Origin: Octopus vulgaris
Taxonomy: Eukaryota
Length of the DNA stretch: 64,000 nt
Assembly: GCA_951406725.2 (NCBI GenBank)
Contig: OX597833.1
Coordinates: 56,730,001 to 56,794,000, forward strand
Direction of reading: 5' to 3'
The translations under genes were made by a program, and so were the position numbers. How positions within the stretch are numbered: position 1 is the first letter of the stretch; each line of letters begins with the position of its first letter. The notes under the pieces were generated by a model that worked only from the letters and a program-made list of their open reading frames with translations, did no database searches and had not been told where the DNA came from. Of this stretch, positions 51,142 through 64,000 are shown piece by piece.

Positions 51142-51202
51142 GTTGTTGTTGTTGATACTGCTGTAGTTGTTGCTGTTGCTGCTATTATTATCATTATTAT
51201 TA

Positions 51203-51265
<63 letters not shown>

Positions 51266-51275
51266 GTTATTATTT
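51040..51275. repeat. Compound (AAT)/(TAC)/(TGT)/(TAT)n microsatellite
   Basis: Directly visible. Confidence 0.95.
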
Positions 51276-51965
51276 TAAATAAACTATTTTAATAGCTATT
51301 CCGCAAAAGATTGCTGTTCATAAACATATGTTATTGGCAAACAGGAAATATTGATTAAAGTGCCCACTAGAGAAAAGTACTGTTTCCTCTCAACCCAACC
51401 TCTTCATTCATTCCCCATCATTATAAACACATACATGCAAACACTCACGCTCGCACGCGTAAAAATCATTCATGATATACATAAATGAATATATTAACAG
51501 AAATCAAGTCATAAATACCTACTTAATTGATGTTGCATTCAGTAGAAATAATTGAAAACAACTAAAACAAACTGTATTCCTGTCAAATATTGTTTTATAG
51601 CAACTGTTTACAGAGTGACAGTAAACTTCTCGGTTGGCAATAGGTTTTTGTCAAGTGAATCTGATCAAATCATTTTCATCATCTAAATTATCAAAACCCA
51701 ATAACACACGCACAAACATAAATAGTGGAAACTTTTATGGGATTGAAATTTACGCCAGTGCTGCATTGCCTTTGAAATAGATTTGTTTACATAAGTACTT
51801 CAAATTAAGTATATTTATATATACATACATTCATATATAAGTTGATAAAGTCTACTACCTTAATGTTCTTAAATTTTAAATCGACATCTTTGTCTATATA
51901 TCTACCTTCTCTATAATGTTATCAATTGATATGAAAATTATGTATTAATGGAAAACCTCTATTAA

Positions 51966-52049
51966 TGGCTGATGATTGCTCAACATTTTAAAACTGTTGT
52001 AATATTTACAACATTTAATATAATGATGTAGCATGAAACGATCGTACCA
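51966..52049 (+). ncRNA. Type-I hammerhead ribozyme motif with intact catalytic core
   Basis: TGG-CTGATGA-T-TGCT..(TGTTGTAA-tat-TTACAACA)..AGCA-T-GAAAC-GATC-GTA-CCA; stem III is the perfect palindrome ACGATCGT; predicted cleavage after 52046. Confidence 0.8.
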
Positions 52050-52449
52050 AATTACCGAAGTTATTCTTGTTTGCTTATTTTGATTATATATATATATATA
52101 TAAAACAATATTGTAACACCTACTGCCAGAGGCACTCATTCTTGCAACACCTGTACAAATGAGTGCAAGTCCCTAGCAAGGCTGAAAAGCTACATCCTTG
52201 CTGCTCATTTTTAAGAGAACAATAATCATATATATATATATATATATATATCAAGGCTTTGATCACCTCAGGACTATAGTAGAAGATACTTACTCAAGGT
52301 GGCATGCATACTCCACACAGACATACACACTTCTTTATAAGACTATGAAACTTTATAATTGGAAAGAAGAACAATTCAATTAAAATGATTAATTATTACA
52401 TTAAAAAACACTTTAATCTTCTTAAGTTTACTTTTTAAATTTAAAAATT

Positions 52450-52568
52450 CATCATCATTATCATCATCATCGTTTAACATCCGCTTTCCATGCTAGCATG
52501 GGTTGGATGATTTGACTGAGGTCTGGCGAACCAGATAGCTGCACCAGACTCCAATCTGATCTGGCAGA
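52450..52568 (-). mobile_element. Family C tail fragment
   Basis: (CAT)n CGTTTAACATCCGCTTTCCATGCTAGCATGGGTTGGA. Confidence 0.85.
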
Positions 52569-52663
52569 AAAAATTCCCCAGGCAAAAATGTGACAACACT
52601 AGTTTCATACATTCCACACAATTGCTCACCAGTCATTTAGGTTTAACGTTAGTACCTGCTTAA

Positions 52664-52893
52664 CCCTTTAGTGTTTAAATTATTCTGTTAAATGTAATAC
52701 TTCTTCATTCAAATTCATCATCATCAACTTGAATTAATCATGCATTATCTTCTAGCTTTGAGGTTTCAATAATGTCACTATTTATTTTTAGAGTGTCAAT
52801 GTAGGGTAGGTGTGAAAGGCTAGATATTGCCAGTTTGAATATAAAACATGTAGAATATTTGAGCCGGATATGGCCGGTTTAAACACTAAAGGG
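52664..52893. mobile_element. TTAA piggyBac-type MITE
   Basis: Perfect 16-bp TIR CCCTTTAGTGTTTAAA/TTTAAACACTAAAGGG with TTAA on both sides. Confidence 0.92.
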
Positions 52894-55499
52894 TTAAAGC
52901 ATACTTTTAGTAAAATTCATATTGTTTCACCCCTTCATTTCCCTCATCCATAATATTCAGATTGGGCATTGGCTGCAGAGATTTCATCAGTGTGTCAAAG
53001 CCTACAAATCTTATTGTGCTGCCTCACACCTTTAAAATAAGAAAATCTTAATTATCAAAGCTTAACCTAATATTTTTGGATCAACTGCAAATGACATTTA
53101 TGCTACAGTTGTAACAAACATTGTACCTGACATATTTAAACAACTTTAAGACACAAAGGGAGAACATTGATATTCTCCACAAAACTATTTGTTTTTATTG
53201 TAATAAATATTGTTAAAAAATTTAAAATTTAAATTGTAGACCTCACATAAGTGTTCCATTTTTTTTTATAAGAATTCAGTTGCTACACTGATTGCCATAA
53301 GCATCTATGTAGCAGCTCAACTTTTTTCTAATTTCAATTTAGAATTTATGGCCACCAAAAAAAGAAAAAAAAAATTGATAATTACTAAAGGCAGTTTTTT
53401 TTTTTTTTTGTATCAGTTTACAAATGATTACTAAAGCAGATTTCAATACAAAATAACAAGAAACCAATAATCTGCTGTATTGTAATTAAATAACTAAAAT
53501 ACCTATTTATTTCTATAAATGAACCTTGTTACATCCTAGGTGTATCGAATTAATCATATGGTAAGAGGCTTATTGATGTATTGCCAGACTTGAGTACTTC
53601 AAAGAACAGGCACTGAGTCCTGTCTGTAAAACTACTCTCTCATAGATTCAAATAGTAAAGTTGATTTTTCTGAGACTTTTCGCAATTATGGAATCCATTT
53701 TATTGGATTTAGGTCTGTTTTTCAAGAACCCTACATTGGCACTGATACAATAATCTTCCAGCACACAAACGGTTATCACACACATGGCTACTTAAAAAAC
53801 AATAATATTTCCTTAATAACTAGTGAATATATATCATGCAACTTGAGACATAAGCCAAAAACCTGTCTGAAACTAATTACTTTAGAATTATGTTCCTTGT
53901 AAGGTTTTAACTAGGGAAGCCTACAAAATAGGATATGAACACCTCTTGAACCAAATCAAAAAAAGCCAGATTTTTATTTGCATATACAGTAATATTACTT
54001 CAATTTCATCCTTCATGTTACAACCCGAATGTCAAAACTTTACATTTCCAACTCCAATATCAGTAAAATAAATAAATAACCCACAGACGAATACCTATGA
54101 TTAAAAATTGTGAAAGAATTTTTAATATGAATAGTAAAATATTGATTGACTTATATGACAATGCTAAATCAGAAGCTAAGAAAATCAATATCTATCTTTT
54201 AGAAGATCTAACTCTGATGACCAATACTATATACTTTTTCTAAACTAGTAATAGTATTGCTTTTACTATTATTCCCACTTACTCTCCAGCTCCCCTCCCT
54301 TCCTATTGTCATTAAAATCACCTAGTTAGAGGAAAGAGTCTAACATATGTCAAGACTATAGAAAATCTATCTTTGTAATTTCAACAGCACTTCTTTTGTA
54401 AATATTTTACATTGTGTGATAAATGAAATCCAGCTGCACTAAATATACCATCATTGTATTACTGCTTCTGTTCTGAGTTATTTTGGTAACTTAAATATTC
54501 TGAAATCATGCTTTTTTCCTAACAACTTCACTCAATTATTTCAATCTGATTTTGTATAAAACTGTATTCTAGCAACCAGCCAGTTCTTAGTTTCTTTGGT
54601 TTTATGAAATTTTAATCTCACAGGAACAAAGACATTTCAAGACATTTGCCAAATCAAAGAATATAATTTTTCCTATCACTTCCCCCAAAATGTTCAAAAG
54701 ACATCATAAACTGATTATTGTCTACACTGATTTTTTCAAGAAAAGTTTGATCTCTGATCAGAAATATTAGACAATTGTCTGCACAGAATAATACATTTAC
54801 AACTTTTCTATTCTGTCATATTGCATCATAGAAGCCAATAACTTAAAAATCATAGCGTCATATGTTAAACCTCTGCAGTCTGATCCGGTATGAACTACAT
54901 CCTAATCTAAATATTCATATCTAGATCAAAATCTAACAAATATTCGTTTTGATCAACATAAAATTTAGATTAATTGCCTTACTTTCTTAATACATGCCAA
55001 CTAACTCTTAATTATTCTTATCTGATGAATGTGATATAAAGCAAGAGACAAAGACACAGTGAGCCAAACCTTCAATGCTTGGTTTGAAGTCAATTTTATT
55101 TCACTTTTGTTACTATTGTCTCTAATTTTGTGTCTCATAAAAAAAACATAAAGACGGTAATTCTTAATCAGTTTAATATCTTTAAGAATATCCAAAAGAA
55201 ATAGAAAGAAAAATTGAAACAAATAGATAAGAAAATATGTGAATTTAAAAGTTTCATGAATTATTACGAAATATATGATGTACATCTGTGACATCTTCTC
55301 CATCAAAAGTTTAACTCTGCATGAATCAGTAAAAGATGAAAGTTTTTTTACCTTATCTTTTAACAAAATTATAGGGTATCATTATGATGAAAAGTTGGGA
55401 AGTTTAACTGGTAAATGCCTTTGACTAGAATTCCAGAAATACAAATAGTTTTATCACTTTAGATCTTAAATGGTAATGGTGGAATTTGTTGTAGTTACG

Positions 55500-55579
55500 A
55501 TATGATGATGGTCGCTGTAGTGCTGCAACTACTGCAGTTGCTGCTGTTCATCATCATCATCATCATTATTATTATCATG

Positions 55580-55653
<74 letters not shown>
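55500..55653. repeat. Compound trinucleotide microsatellite (CAT/TAT/GAT)
   Basis: Directly visible. Confidence 0.95.
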
Positions 55654-55654
<1 letters not shown>

Positions 55655-55779
55655 AAATTTCAAATATTCCTAACTATTCTTCATATTTCATGTCTTCATC
55701 TCTTCCTTAACTATACTCCCTCTCTCTCTCTCTCTTCACCCTGAAAATTGGCTAGCATTGTAAAACTTCCATTAAAAAT

Positions 55780-56320
55780 GTTCTATAATTCAACATGCAA
55801 CCTATAGTGACTTCATCATCCTCATCCAATGAAGTAAATTGTCCAGACCAATAAGCCGTATTGGTCTTCCAATAGTAGAATGTCTCATCTGTGCACACGA
55901 TGAATACAGATGAGAGCAGTAGTTTACTAACTGAACTGGTTGATCCTGACCATTGACAGTTTGTTGACTGATCATCCACTCAAAATCTAGTAATATTTGC
56001 CACTGACTCATTAACCCTTTCGTTACTGTATTTCTTTTGTGATGCTCTGTGTTTCTTTCAATTACTTTAAATATAACAAAGAATTTAGTAAAATAACTTA
56101 GTTATCATTCAGCTAGTGTTAGGAACATAAATTGTGACTAAGGTTTGGTGGAAAATTTTAATTCAGAACTTATGAAAATAAAACATTTGTACCCAGAGCC
56201 AGAGCCGGTTTCAGCCGGGTTGGTAATGAAAGGGTTAAGTTCATCTGTTGAAATAGTTCACATCCACCATATTGCATCCTATCATTTCAAGATAACCCTG
56301 ACTCAGCTAACCTTGTGACC
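55780..56320 (-). pseudogene. Possible very old Tc1/mariner-type transposase fragment split by a MITE
   Basis: Weak similarity: ..LLDFEWMISQ, IVCTDETFY..NTAYWS, like FSDEATFH..NCRYWS. Confidence 0.3.
56015..56234. mobile_element. TTAA piggyBac-type MITE (different internal sequence)
   Basis: TTAA|CCCTTTCGTTAC ... GTAATGAAAGGG|TTAA. Confidence 0.88.
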
Positions 56321-56575
56321 TACCTTGCTTTATACCAGTGCTACAAACACTTTACAAAGTTGTTAATTGAGGCAGAATAGATATCACTAAATAATGCTAA
56401 CGTGGAAATACAAGGTAACAACAAATGATAATGTGAATGGTCCTTAAACTTAACATTAAGCAAATGCGATTTTATGTTATAGAAATTCAAGTTCCCAACA
56501 AACGTAAGTAAGCTTTGACTCTTGCTTCTCAAAAATTGCTAGAAAAAATATTTGGGATATTATAATGGGATTAAC

Positions 56576-56639
56576 TCAGCTAGCTACATTCACAGCCTAT
56601 AACAAAATCAGTTAGCTACATTCACAGCCTATTACAAAA
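56576..56639. repeat. 32-bp tandem duplication
   Basis: TCAGYTAGCTACATTCACAGCCTATWACAAAA x2. Confidence 0.9.
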
Positions 56640-57975
56640 ATGCCATCGTGTCAAATGAGGTAGTTAAGGTATATGTATTTTCATTGGTACAGACCACCCG
56701 GAATTTGTCTAAGTGGTTCATAATAACTGAATATGAGTTTTCTAGTAATTCAAAATGAGATTATATAGTGTGTGCGTGCATGTGTGAATTTAATACTGTT
56801 TCATATATAACTATGAAATCATCTTTTCTAAGATATATCAAACTCATAATGAATGGTCATATAACTAATTAAGTGTTATAAATTAAATGCTACATATATA
56901 GTTATGAATTTATTGAAAAGTGGACAAGAAATCTAAAAAGATTTTCAATTAAACAAACTTCATTAACAATATACAATTATATGAAATGTTTAAATGAATA
57001 TCAAGATTAATAAATACTAATGTACTCCATATGTCAAACAACTTCAAACAGTCATGTAAACATTTAACAAAATAATTCTCTGTACATTTGTAGAGAAGAT
57101 GTAAACATAGAGAGGCCTAAACACCAGTTTTTAACCATTAATTTGATCACTGCCAGTTGAGGGACTTGTGAACGTATTGTTCTATAGTCAGTGTACATCA
57201 TACCTTCACATCAAAGAGTGAAGCCGTCTAACATAGCAATAGAATTTATTGGGTTTGTAAGGAGGAAATATTAAACAATAACAAAAGGCTAATTGGTGGA
57301 GAGATGAAGACAAATCATTAGTTAGGAGATGGCATAATTAATATAACTACTTAAGAGCCACTTTGCATACTACATACTTAAGGACAATACATCGTTACAT
57401 TCTAATAATTGTTTTTAAGTATTTTTTAATTATAAGCAAGTATTGCATGGTTTTGGTGTTTTGTGTATTATTTTACGTAACTCTTTTTAAATTGGTATGT
57501 TTCCTAATTTCCAGAGATCCTCATTATACAAATGTGCAGTAATTGCTGTAGTGTGTGTATACGTAATTGAACAATTTGGGTAAGAAGAAGGTCGTCTATG
57601 AAATGCAGCAGCTATTTTCATGAGGTTGGTTTCACAACTTTTATGTCAACAAATGGCATTGTTAATAAGAATGTTGAAACTTTATAAATTAGTTATAATG
57701 AAGGCTAATGAGAGTTATCATAGTTAAATTTATTGATAAGCTATGCAAAACACTTGTCAATAAGAGTATTAAGATGGTTATTCGCTTTATTTCTCCAGTC
57801 AGTTTTACAAGAACACATTTAGCCTTTCTATGGCAGGCATTTTAAGTAGAAAATAATTTCCCCGTTCTTATCACTGCATGTGTCTTAGAACATTTAGTAC
57901 ACATAAAAGTAGCAAATTCCTTAATATACAATTCTTGGGGTTAGAAAACCCAATTTAATACATACTTCATGCATG

Positions 57976-58008
<33 letters not shown>

Positions 58009-58017
58009 TCCCTCTCA

Positions 58018-58073
<56 letters not shown>

Positions 58074-58454
58074 TATCATATAGTGAGGCATGTAATTTGT
58101 ATATAGGGCTAATATATTTATCATAAAGATTCAACTAAATCAAATAGATGATTTCAAACATGACAATCCAGAGTGGCAATGGATGGAATGAGGAAATTTG
58201 AATCTTCAAAATATATCCGTGATTAAGTGTTAATGATGTCAATGAACTGGCCTCAATTGGATATTTTCCTATTGTGTGTTGTCAGCTAAGCATTCATGTA
58301 CAGTCTGCAACATGAATATGCTGAGCTACATGTGTGTGTGGTATGATCCCCAAGTGCATAAGAGAAAGTATGTGTGTTGTTATTGTTACTTAGCCTTTGT
58401 TCAGTTTCACTCAAAAGAGTTTCATTCCAATTCTCCTTTTTTTTTCTCTGAGAT

Positions 58455-58766
58455 TCCACCACAAGGAGTGTGGTGGCTTGTGTACTACAATGACCATGGG
58501 AGCTATGCCAGCAGAACAAAAACTTCTGGTAGACGGATTCCCATAGTGGACAGGTCAAAAGGTAGAGGCATGACTAATATGGACCACCTCTTCCCAGAAG
58601 TAAAAATGGGTTTGTGTAGAGCTAACACCCCTACCTAGAAAACAGTATAGTTACAGAAGCATTGATGACAGTTCAAAACAAACATGACCAAGGCCAAGAA
58701 CAGTGGAGAAAAGTAATCAAGGGCCTACGCTCCATAGGGAGTGAAAGGCTTAAGTAAATAAGTATC
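58455..58766 (+). mobile_element. Bipartite non-autonomous RTE derivative (5'-UTR-like part joined to 3' tail)
   Basis: GGCTTGTGTACTACAATGACCATGGGAGCTATGCC..GACAGGTCAAAAGGTAG..GCTAACACCCCTACC resembles RTE 5' ends; GGCCTACGCTCCATAGGGAGTGAAAGGCTTAAGTAAATAAGTA resembles RTE tails. Confidence 0.6.
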
Positions 58767-59552
58767 GAAGATTACACTAAATTTTTTAATAGTGATTTTA
58801 GGAATATTGGACTATCACTTCAAGCTGCTTCAGTGAATATATAGTTGTTCTATCATCAGCTTGTATGTATGTGTGTATAAGCATCTATGAGAAAAAGATA
58901 ATGTATATGGGTATGTTTTGCAAAGAATATGAAGAGGGATGCGTCTATAATAATAAAATACATAATCTTTCAAATTTATTTTCACTGCTTTAGTGTTACA
59001 AAAATATTTTTTCACTTTTCAATATAGTTTTGAAATTGATTGGAAATATATATTTTCTCAATATCTATGTACATACATTAATCCTGATGTTTGTGTTTCT
59101 AGAATGTAGCAAAAATACAAACAAAACAATAATGATAGAAAACATATTAGTGAGAATCAATTGTTCATTCAGAATCAATTGTATTTTACTCACTAAATAT
59201 TTTTTAAAATACATATTTCCTTTCTGTGTTCAGCTATATTATTAAAATTTATCTCAATATGATTTTCAACATTTTCCCCCATAGTTTGGTTTTATCATTC
59301 TTGCACTAATACTGTCATGTAGATACACTTAAATGCACTTGAAAAAGAAAAAAATGTCTATGTGTAATACTTAACTGCTAAATCTTTTTTTATGCGCATC
59401 TATTTTTGCTTCAATGTTGAGTGGATGACCATAGGAAGGGCATCCAGTTATTTTTCAACTGTATGCGAAGAATATCACAGCAATACAAGTATAGGAGGGA
59501 AATGATGTAAAGTAGTAAGCAAACAAAGTTATATGAGAAACTGATAGTAACT

Positions 59553-59976
59553 CTCTTTTACTCTTTTACTTGTTTCAGTCATTTGACTGTGGCCATGCTG
59601 GAGCACCGCCTTTAGTCAGCAAATCGACCCCGGGACTTATTCTTTGTAAGCCCAGTACTTATTCTATTGGTCTCTTTTGCCGAACCGCTAAGTGACGGGG
59701 ACGTAAACACACCAGCATTGGTTGTCAAGCAATGCTAAGGGGACAAACACAGACACACAAACATATACACACACACAAACATATACACACACACATATAT
59801 ATATACATATATACGACAGGCTTCTTTCAGTTTCCATCTACCAAATCCACTCACAAGGCATTGGTCGGCCCGGGGCTATAGCAGAAGACACTTGCCCAAG
59901 ATGCCACGCAGTGGGACTGAACCCGGAACCATGTGGTTGGTTAGCAAGCTACTTACCACACAGCCACTCCTGAGCC
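59553..59976 (-). mobile_element. SINE family A, full length
   Basis: Reverse complement of the family A consensus. Confidence 0.93.
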
Positions 59977-60547
59977 TAACTGTTTGATAATCATAAATAA
60001 AAATCCTAAATTGCTCAACAGAAGGTATTTTATAAAGGAAGAGATTAGTCTAAGTGCCTATCAAACATACAACCACCAAAATGACAAACCCACTACTCAT
60101 CAAAACCTTTCATCCTCTGCTCAATGTCATACTGTCTTTACTCTAGTTTTTCTAGTACAAGAGTTAATAAACAGATTCTGTTCTTCAGAACATTCTCGGT
60201 ACATACCAGCTCTATTTGAATTGACTTTTTACACCCACTCTCTTGCCATCTCCTCTACTCAGTTTCTCTTCCTCACCAGATATTATGTGCAGTTCTTTAT
60301 TCCAAAGAGTACCACTCAACAACTCACTTCCTGCAATATAATAACCTCCTACTTTGCAACCATTGTATTAACAACACTTAAGTGACTCTTCCCTAATATC
60401 TGATGCAAAGAAGGCCCTCCCATACTCAACATGCAATGCTTCTCCTTCATAGTAATGCCAATAAAATGTTACACACACACACACACACACACATTGTAAC
60501 TTACAAAAGAATATGAATGTTATTCTTAAAAAATACACTGTGAATGA

Positions 60548-60551
<4 letters not shown>

Positions 60552-60644
<93 letters not shown>

Positions 60645-60812
60645 TATTCAGAAATTGATTTTACTTTTCGTCCTCTCAGGGTCAATGGAACAGATACTAG
60701 CTGAGAACTGAGGTTGATGTAAATGATTAGCCCCCTCCTTTTTTCAGGCCTTCTGATTAGCCCCCAATTTTTCAGGCCTTCTGCCTATAGCAGAAAGGAT
60801 TATTATTATTAC
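60552..60812 (+). repeat. (TAT)n tract followed by a family-B-related SINE remnant with internal duplication
   Basis: TGATTAGCCCCC..TTTTCAGGCCTTCTG occurs twice; (ATT)n tail. Confidence 0.6.
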
Positions 60813-61519
60813 TATCAAGAGAGACTTCTTCCGTAATCATGAAACAGTTCTTGACAGAGGCAAGAATGAATCCAATAACTTCTAGAGTAGCATCAAACTC
60901 ATACCATTGATAGACAGACAGCAAAGCACAGAGTTTCAGACACTACTTAAGGGTTAACATCCAACCATTGATTTGCTGTCATCTGTAATATTATAGCAAT
61001 TAGAGTAACAGAACATGCTTTTTTCAACAGATTTCTCTCTGCAGACAAGAAATGTGGTAGTAAATCTAATAAAAGGCAGCACAAAGGTACTCTGTCAAAT
61101 AACATAGGGTCCAGAGCTAGGATAAAAGGATTATTGTATATAGTGCTATCAATGAAGTGTTTCACTTTTCAATTATTTTGATATCGCTAATGACCAGAAA
61201 CATTCATTAATTATTTCTACTCATTTATACATGAAAAATAAAAACAACATTAATTTAGGTTAAATGTTTTCGACTATTGAACCCAAAGGTGACAGGTTCG
61301 AATCCATTCACAGATACTATATTTTGTTCCTGGAAAATGTTCATTCTTCTTGGAAGAACAAAAGTTATTGGTATTAGAAAGGATACTCAGTAATAAAAAT
61401 ATATTTCAACTTAGGCAACTGTTGGAATTTTTCTAAGCACCAACCCTATACTCTGACAGAAAAAAAGACATTTTTAGACCAAAATCCACTCATGCAAAGA
61501 TAGAAAACAAATGTGAAAA

Positions 61520-61680
61520 CTGTGATTAGGAAGCTTGCTTCTGAACTACATGGTTTTGGGCTCAGTATCACTGTGTGGTACCTTGCGCAAATGTCTTCTG
61601 ATATAGCCTCAAGCCGACCAGACCTTTGGGATTGAATTTGATAAGTGGATGTTCCCATTGTGTGTGTACATGTGTGTATA
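61520..61680 (+). mobile_element. Degenerate family A head
   Basis: AAGCTTGCTTCTGAACTACATGGTT..GGTACCTTGCGCAAATGTCTTCT. Confidence 0.7.
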
Positions 61681-61887
61681 AGAGTTTGTGCCTCCTAACA
61701 AAGAGGAAGGAATATGATGGCCAACTTAATATATCTTTAATGATGAATAAAGTTAATTTCTTTTACAAGTTGAGTGTAAGAAAGTACGAAATGTGATTAA
61801 ATTCATTTGTTTTTAATTAAACAATAGCATGATAGTAATATATCTCAACAAAAGTCACTTAATCTTATAAGTGATTAATCTTATAAG

Positions 61888-62040
61888 TTGGCGTTAGGAA
61901 GGGCATCCAGCTGTAGAAACACTGCCAGATCAGACTGGAGCCTGGTACAGCCTCCTGGTTCCCAGACCCCGGTCGAACCGTCCAGCCCATGCTACCATGG
62001 AAAACGGACGTTAAACGATGATGATGATGATGATGATGAT
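61888..62040 (+). mobile_element. Family C 3' fragment
   Basis: GTTGGCGTTAGGAAGGGCATCCAGCTGTAGAAAC..GGACGTTAAAC(GAT)n. Confidence 0.9.
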
Positions 62041-63399
62041 TAAAAGCATCAATTTGAGGTGAAATAGTAAAACAGGCAACTGATGGGACTAGAACCACAC
62101 ATATACATTGTTTGCCAGGTGAGTACATTACCAATTGCATGCAAATGCTCTATAATGTAATCAGTAATATGATCACTTGCCAAATGAGTGCTTATGTTCC
62201 ATATCATTTACATTAAAATTACTTCCTAATCTGTAACAGTTTATGGTGTACATCAAGCATAAACATAACTCTGAGATCGGCAACATCTCACCAAAACGTG
62301 CCTGATATATTTTATGTAATAAAACACATACGCAATTAATGTTTACAAAAACCTGAAGGGGAGAGGGCTGAGAAGAACAATTTTTTAAAATATATTCCAA
62401 AAAAGTTATATCCAATTAATAACAGCCTATTTTTATTCAAATTCAACATTGTATTTTGTTTAAATATTGATTAATGTAACTAATGTAACAGAGATAACAC
62501 AATCAATATGAACACATTTCGTGTATTGTATGATGACAAATCTACCTACCTATATTGATTTCATAAATATATGACCAAATATTAATTGATGAGAGATATG
62601 GGAGTTTTGTGACATTCACTTTTTCCCTATTGAAGCACTAGAAACTGTTACGACCAGAATGGAAACTGGCTTTCAGGTTTAATTGAGAGTTTACTATTCT
62701 CACACTCGGGCAGGATTTCTTTTCCAGAAGTATATGGTCAATTTTTCAAAAGGTTATGGTTCAGTGAATCAACCCCATTTCATAGATCTTAGCAAAATGG
62801 AAAGTAAATTTGACTCTAACAGAGTTTATTTAGACTCAAAGAGAAAAGACAAAATACCGTAAAGCAGGGAGTACTTTCAATTTCAAATTGTAATAAGTGT
62901 AAGATGATATAAACATGGAAATTAGTAAATAAATTCTTTTGCTTTAAAGCTTATATGTTCAAAGATACCTGTCAAATAGCACAAGATCGTCATAGCTAGA
63001 AACCTCGATCCAACTTCCTTTTTGATTAGCCATCTGGGTGTCAGATGTTAGCCCAGGACTAATTTAGAGCTAAATAACAATATCTGTAACATTCTATGAA
63101 CTTCAATTCATAAGCTAGATGCCTTAGTTACCTAATCAACCAACACTTCACTTTCAATAAAAGTATTACTAATTCTTGATTCTCATACTGGTACGAAATA
63201 GGATTTTCAAATTTTTGTAGAAAATATTATCCTGCTTTTTCTAGGAACATTAGAAAAATATATAAAGCGAAGCATTTACAATCAGGAATCAAAGTCAAAT
63301 TGTAGGCTCAGTTCACTGAGAAATCACAGTAACTTGCAAATGGTAACAGCAATAATACCAACAATCATAGTAATACTAATTTCTTTTGACTAGCATCAA

Positions 63400-64000
63400 G
63401 GAGCATAGACCTACTTGCCTTCATGTCCAACAGTGGCCACTCTTATGCAGATGATATGGTCCTTCATTCTTCTTTAAGCTTCTTCACTCAAGTGTCATCC
63501 ACATTCCACTTCACTCCAAACCTGTACTGGACTCCATAAACAGAGACCACAAATGCATCCACCAATGGAGCCATATTAATCCTGTCTTTTTCAATAGCAA
63601 AAAAACACAAGCACTGCTCATACCAAAAAAAAACATCTTTGCACCTCACTCCTCTTGAACACGGACAGCACCCAAGGGCCCATGCAATCACTCCAAATAG
63701 CAAATACTCATCTTTAACAATGCTAGAACTGCATCTCAAAACTGGCCTGTCTTTTCAGAGCCAGAAAATACATCAAGCCATAATAATTACTAACCCTCAA
63801 CAAAGTTCAGATGAGACCCATACTGGAATACTGCTCCATATCTGTGATAGTCCTGCTGCAAACACAGACCACATCCAGAGAAAGGCCACTCAATTGACTG
63901 GCGTAAGGTCACCACAGACACACTTGAACCAAAGACATGATATCTCCTCTCTCTACCTTTTCTATCAGTACTTACAATAGCTTCTGCTCCTTGGATCGCA
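63400..64000 (+). mobile_element. Decayed non-LTR RT and C-terminus (Jockey/CR1-group-like)
   Basis: DLLAFMSNSGHSYADDMVLHSS; QMRPILEYCS..DHIQRKATQLTG..QRHDISSLYLFYQY. Confidence 0.75.

Noticed and set aside
60180-60440. Possible RTE endonuclease remnant on the minus strand
   Set aside because: Similarity too weak to support by eye

Overview
AT-rich eukaryotic non-coding DNA (intergenic or large intron), most likely from an octopus. The species call is inferred from the SINE repertoire and dense microsatellites. I found no convincing host protein-coding exon; the ORF track is explained by microsatellites, SINEs and decayed transposon ORFs. The window is a mosaic of several tRNA-derived SINE families (CORE-type, Meta/MESC-like, V-like) and RTE-tailed elements; fossils of Tigger/pogo, mariner and Buster-type hAT transposases; RTE, R4/Dong and Jockey/CR1-group LINE fragments; four ~220-bp TTAA MITEs; a non-autonomous Helitron; and fold-back elements. 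The most notable signal is a set of four unrelated small elements carrying hammerhead-ribozyme (HHR) motifs, three of them with the palindromic stem III typical of Penelope-like elements/retrozymes. One has an intact core (51966-52049). One has a G3-C8 swapped core inside a TSD-bounded ~213-bp element (35983-36419). One is decayed (50546-50580) and one is a complex multi-core cluster (29660-29830). All calls were made by eye; no database searches or folding were run.
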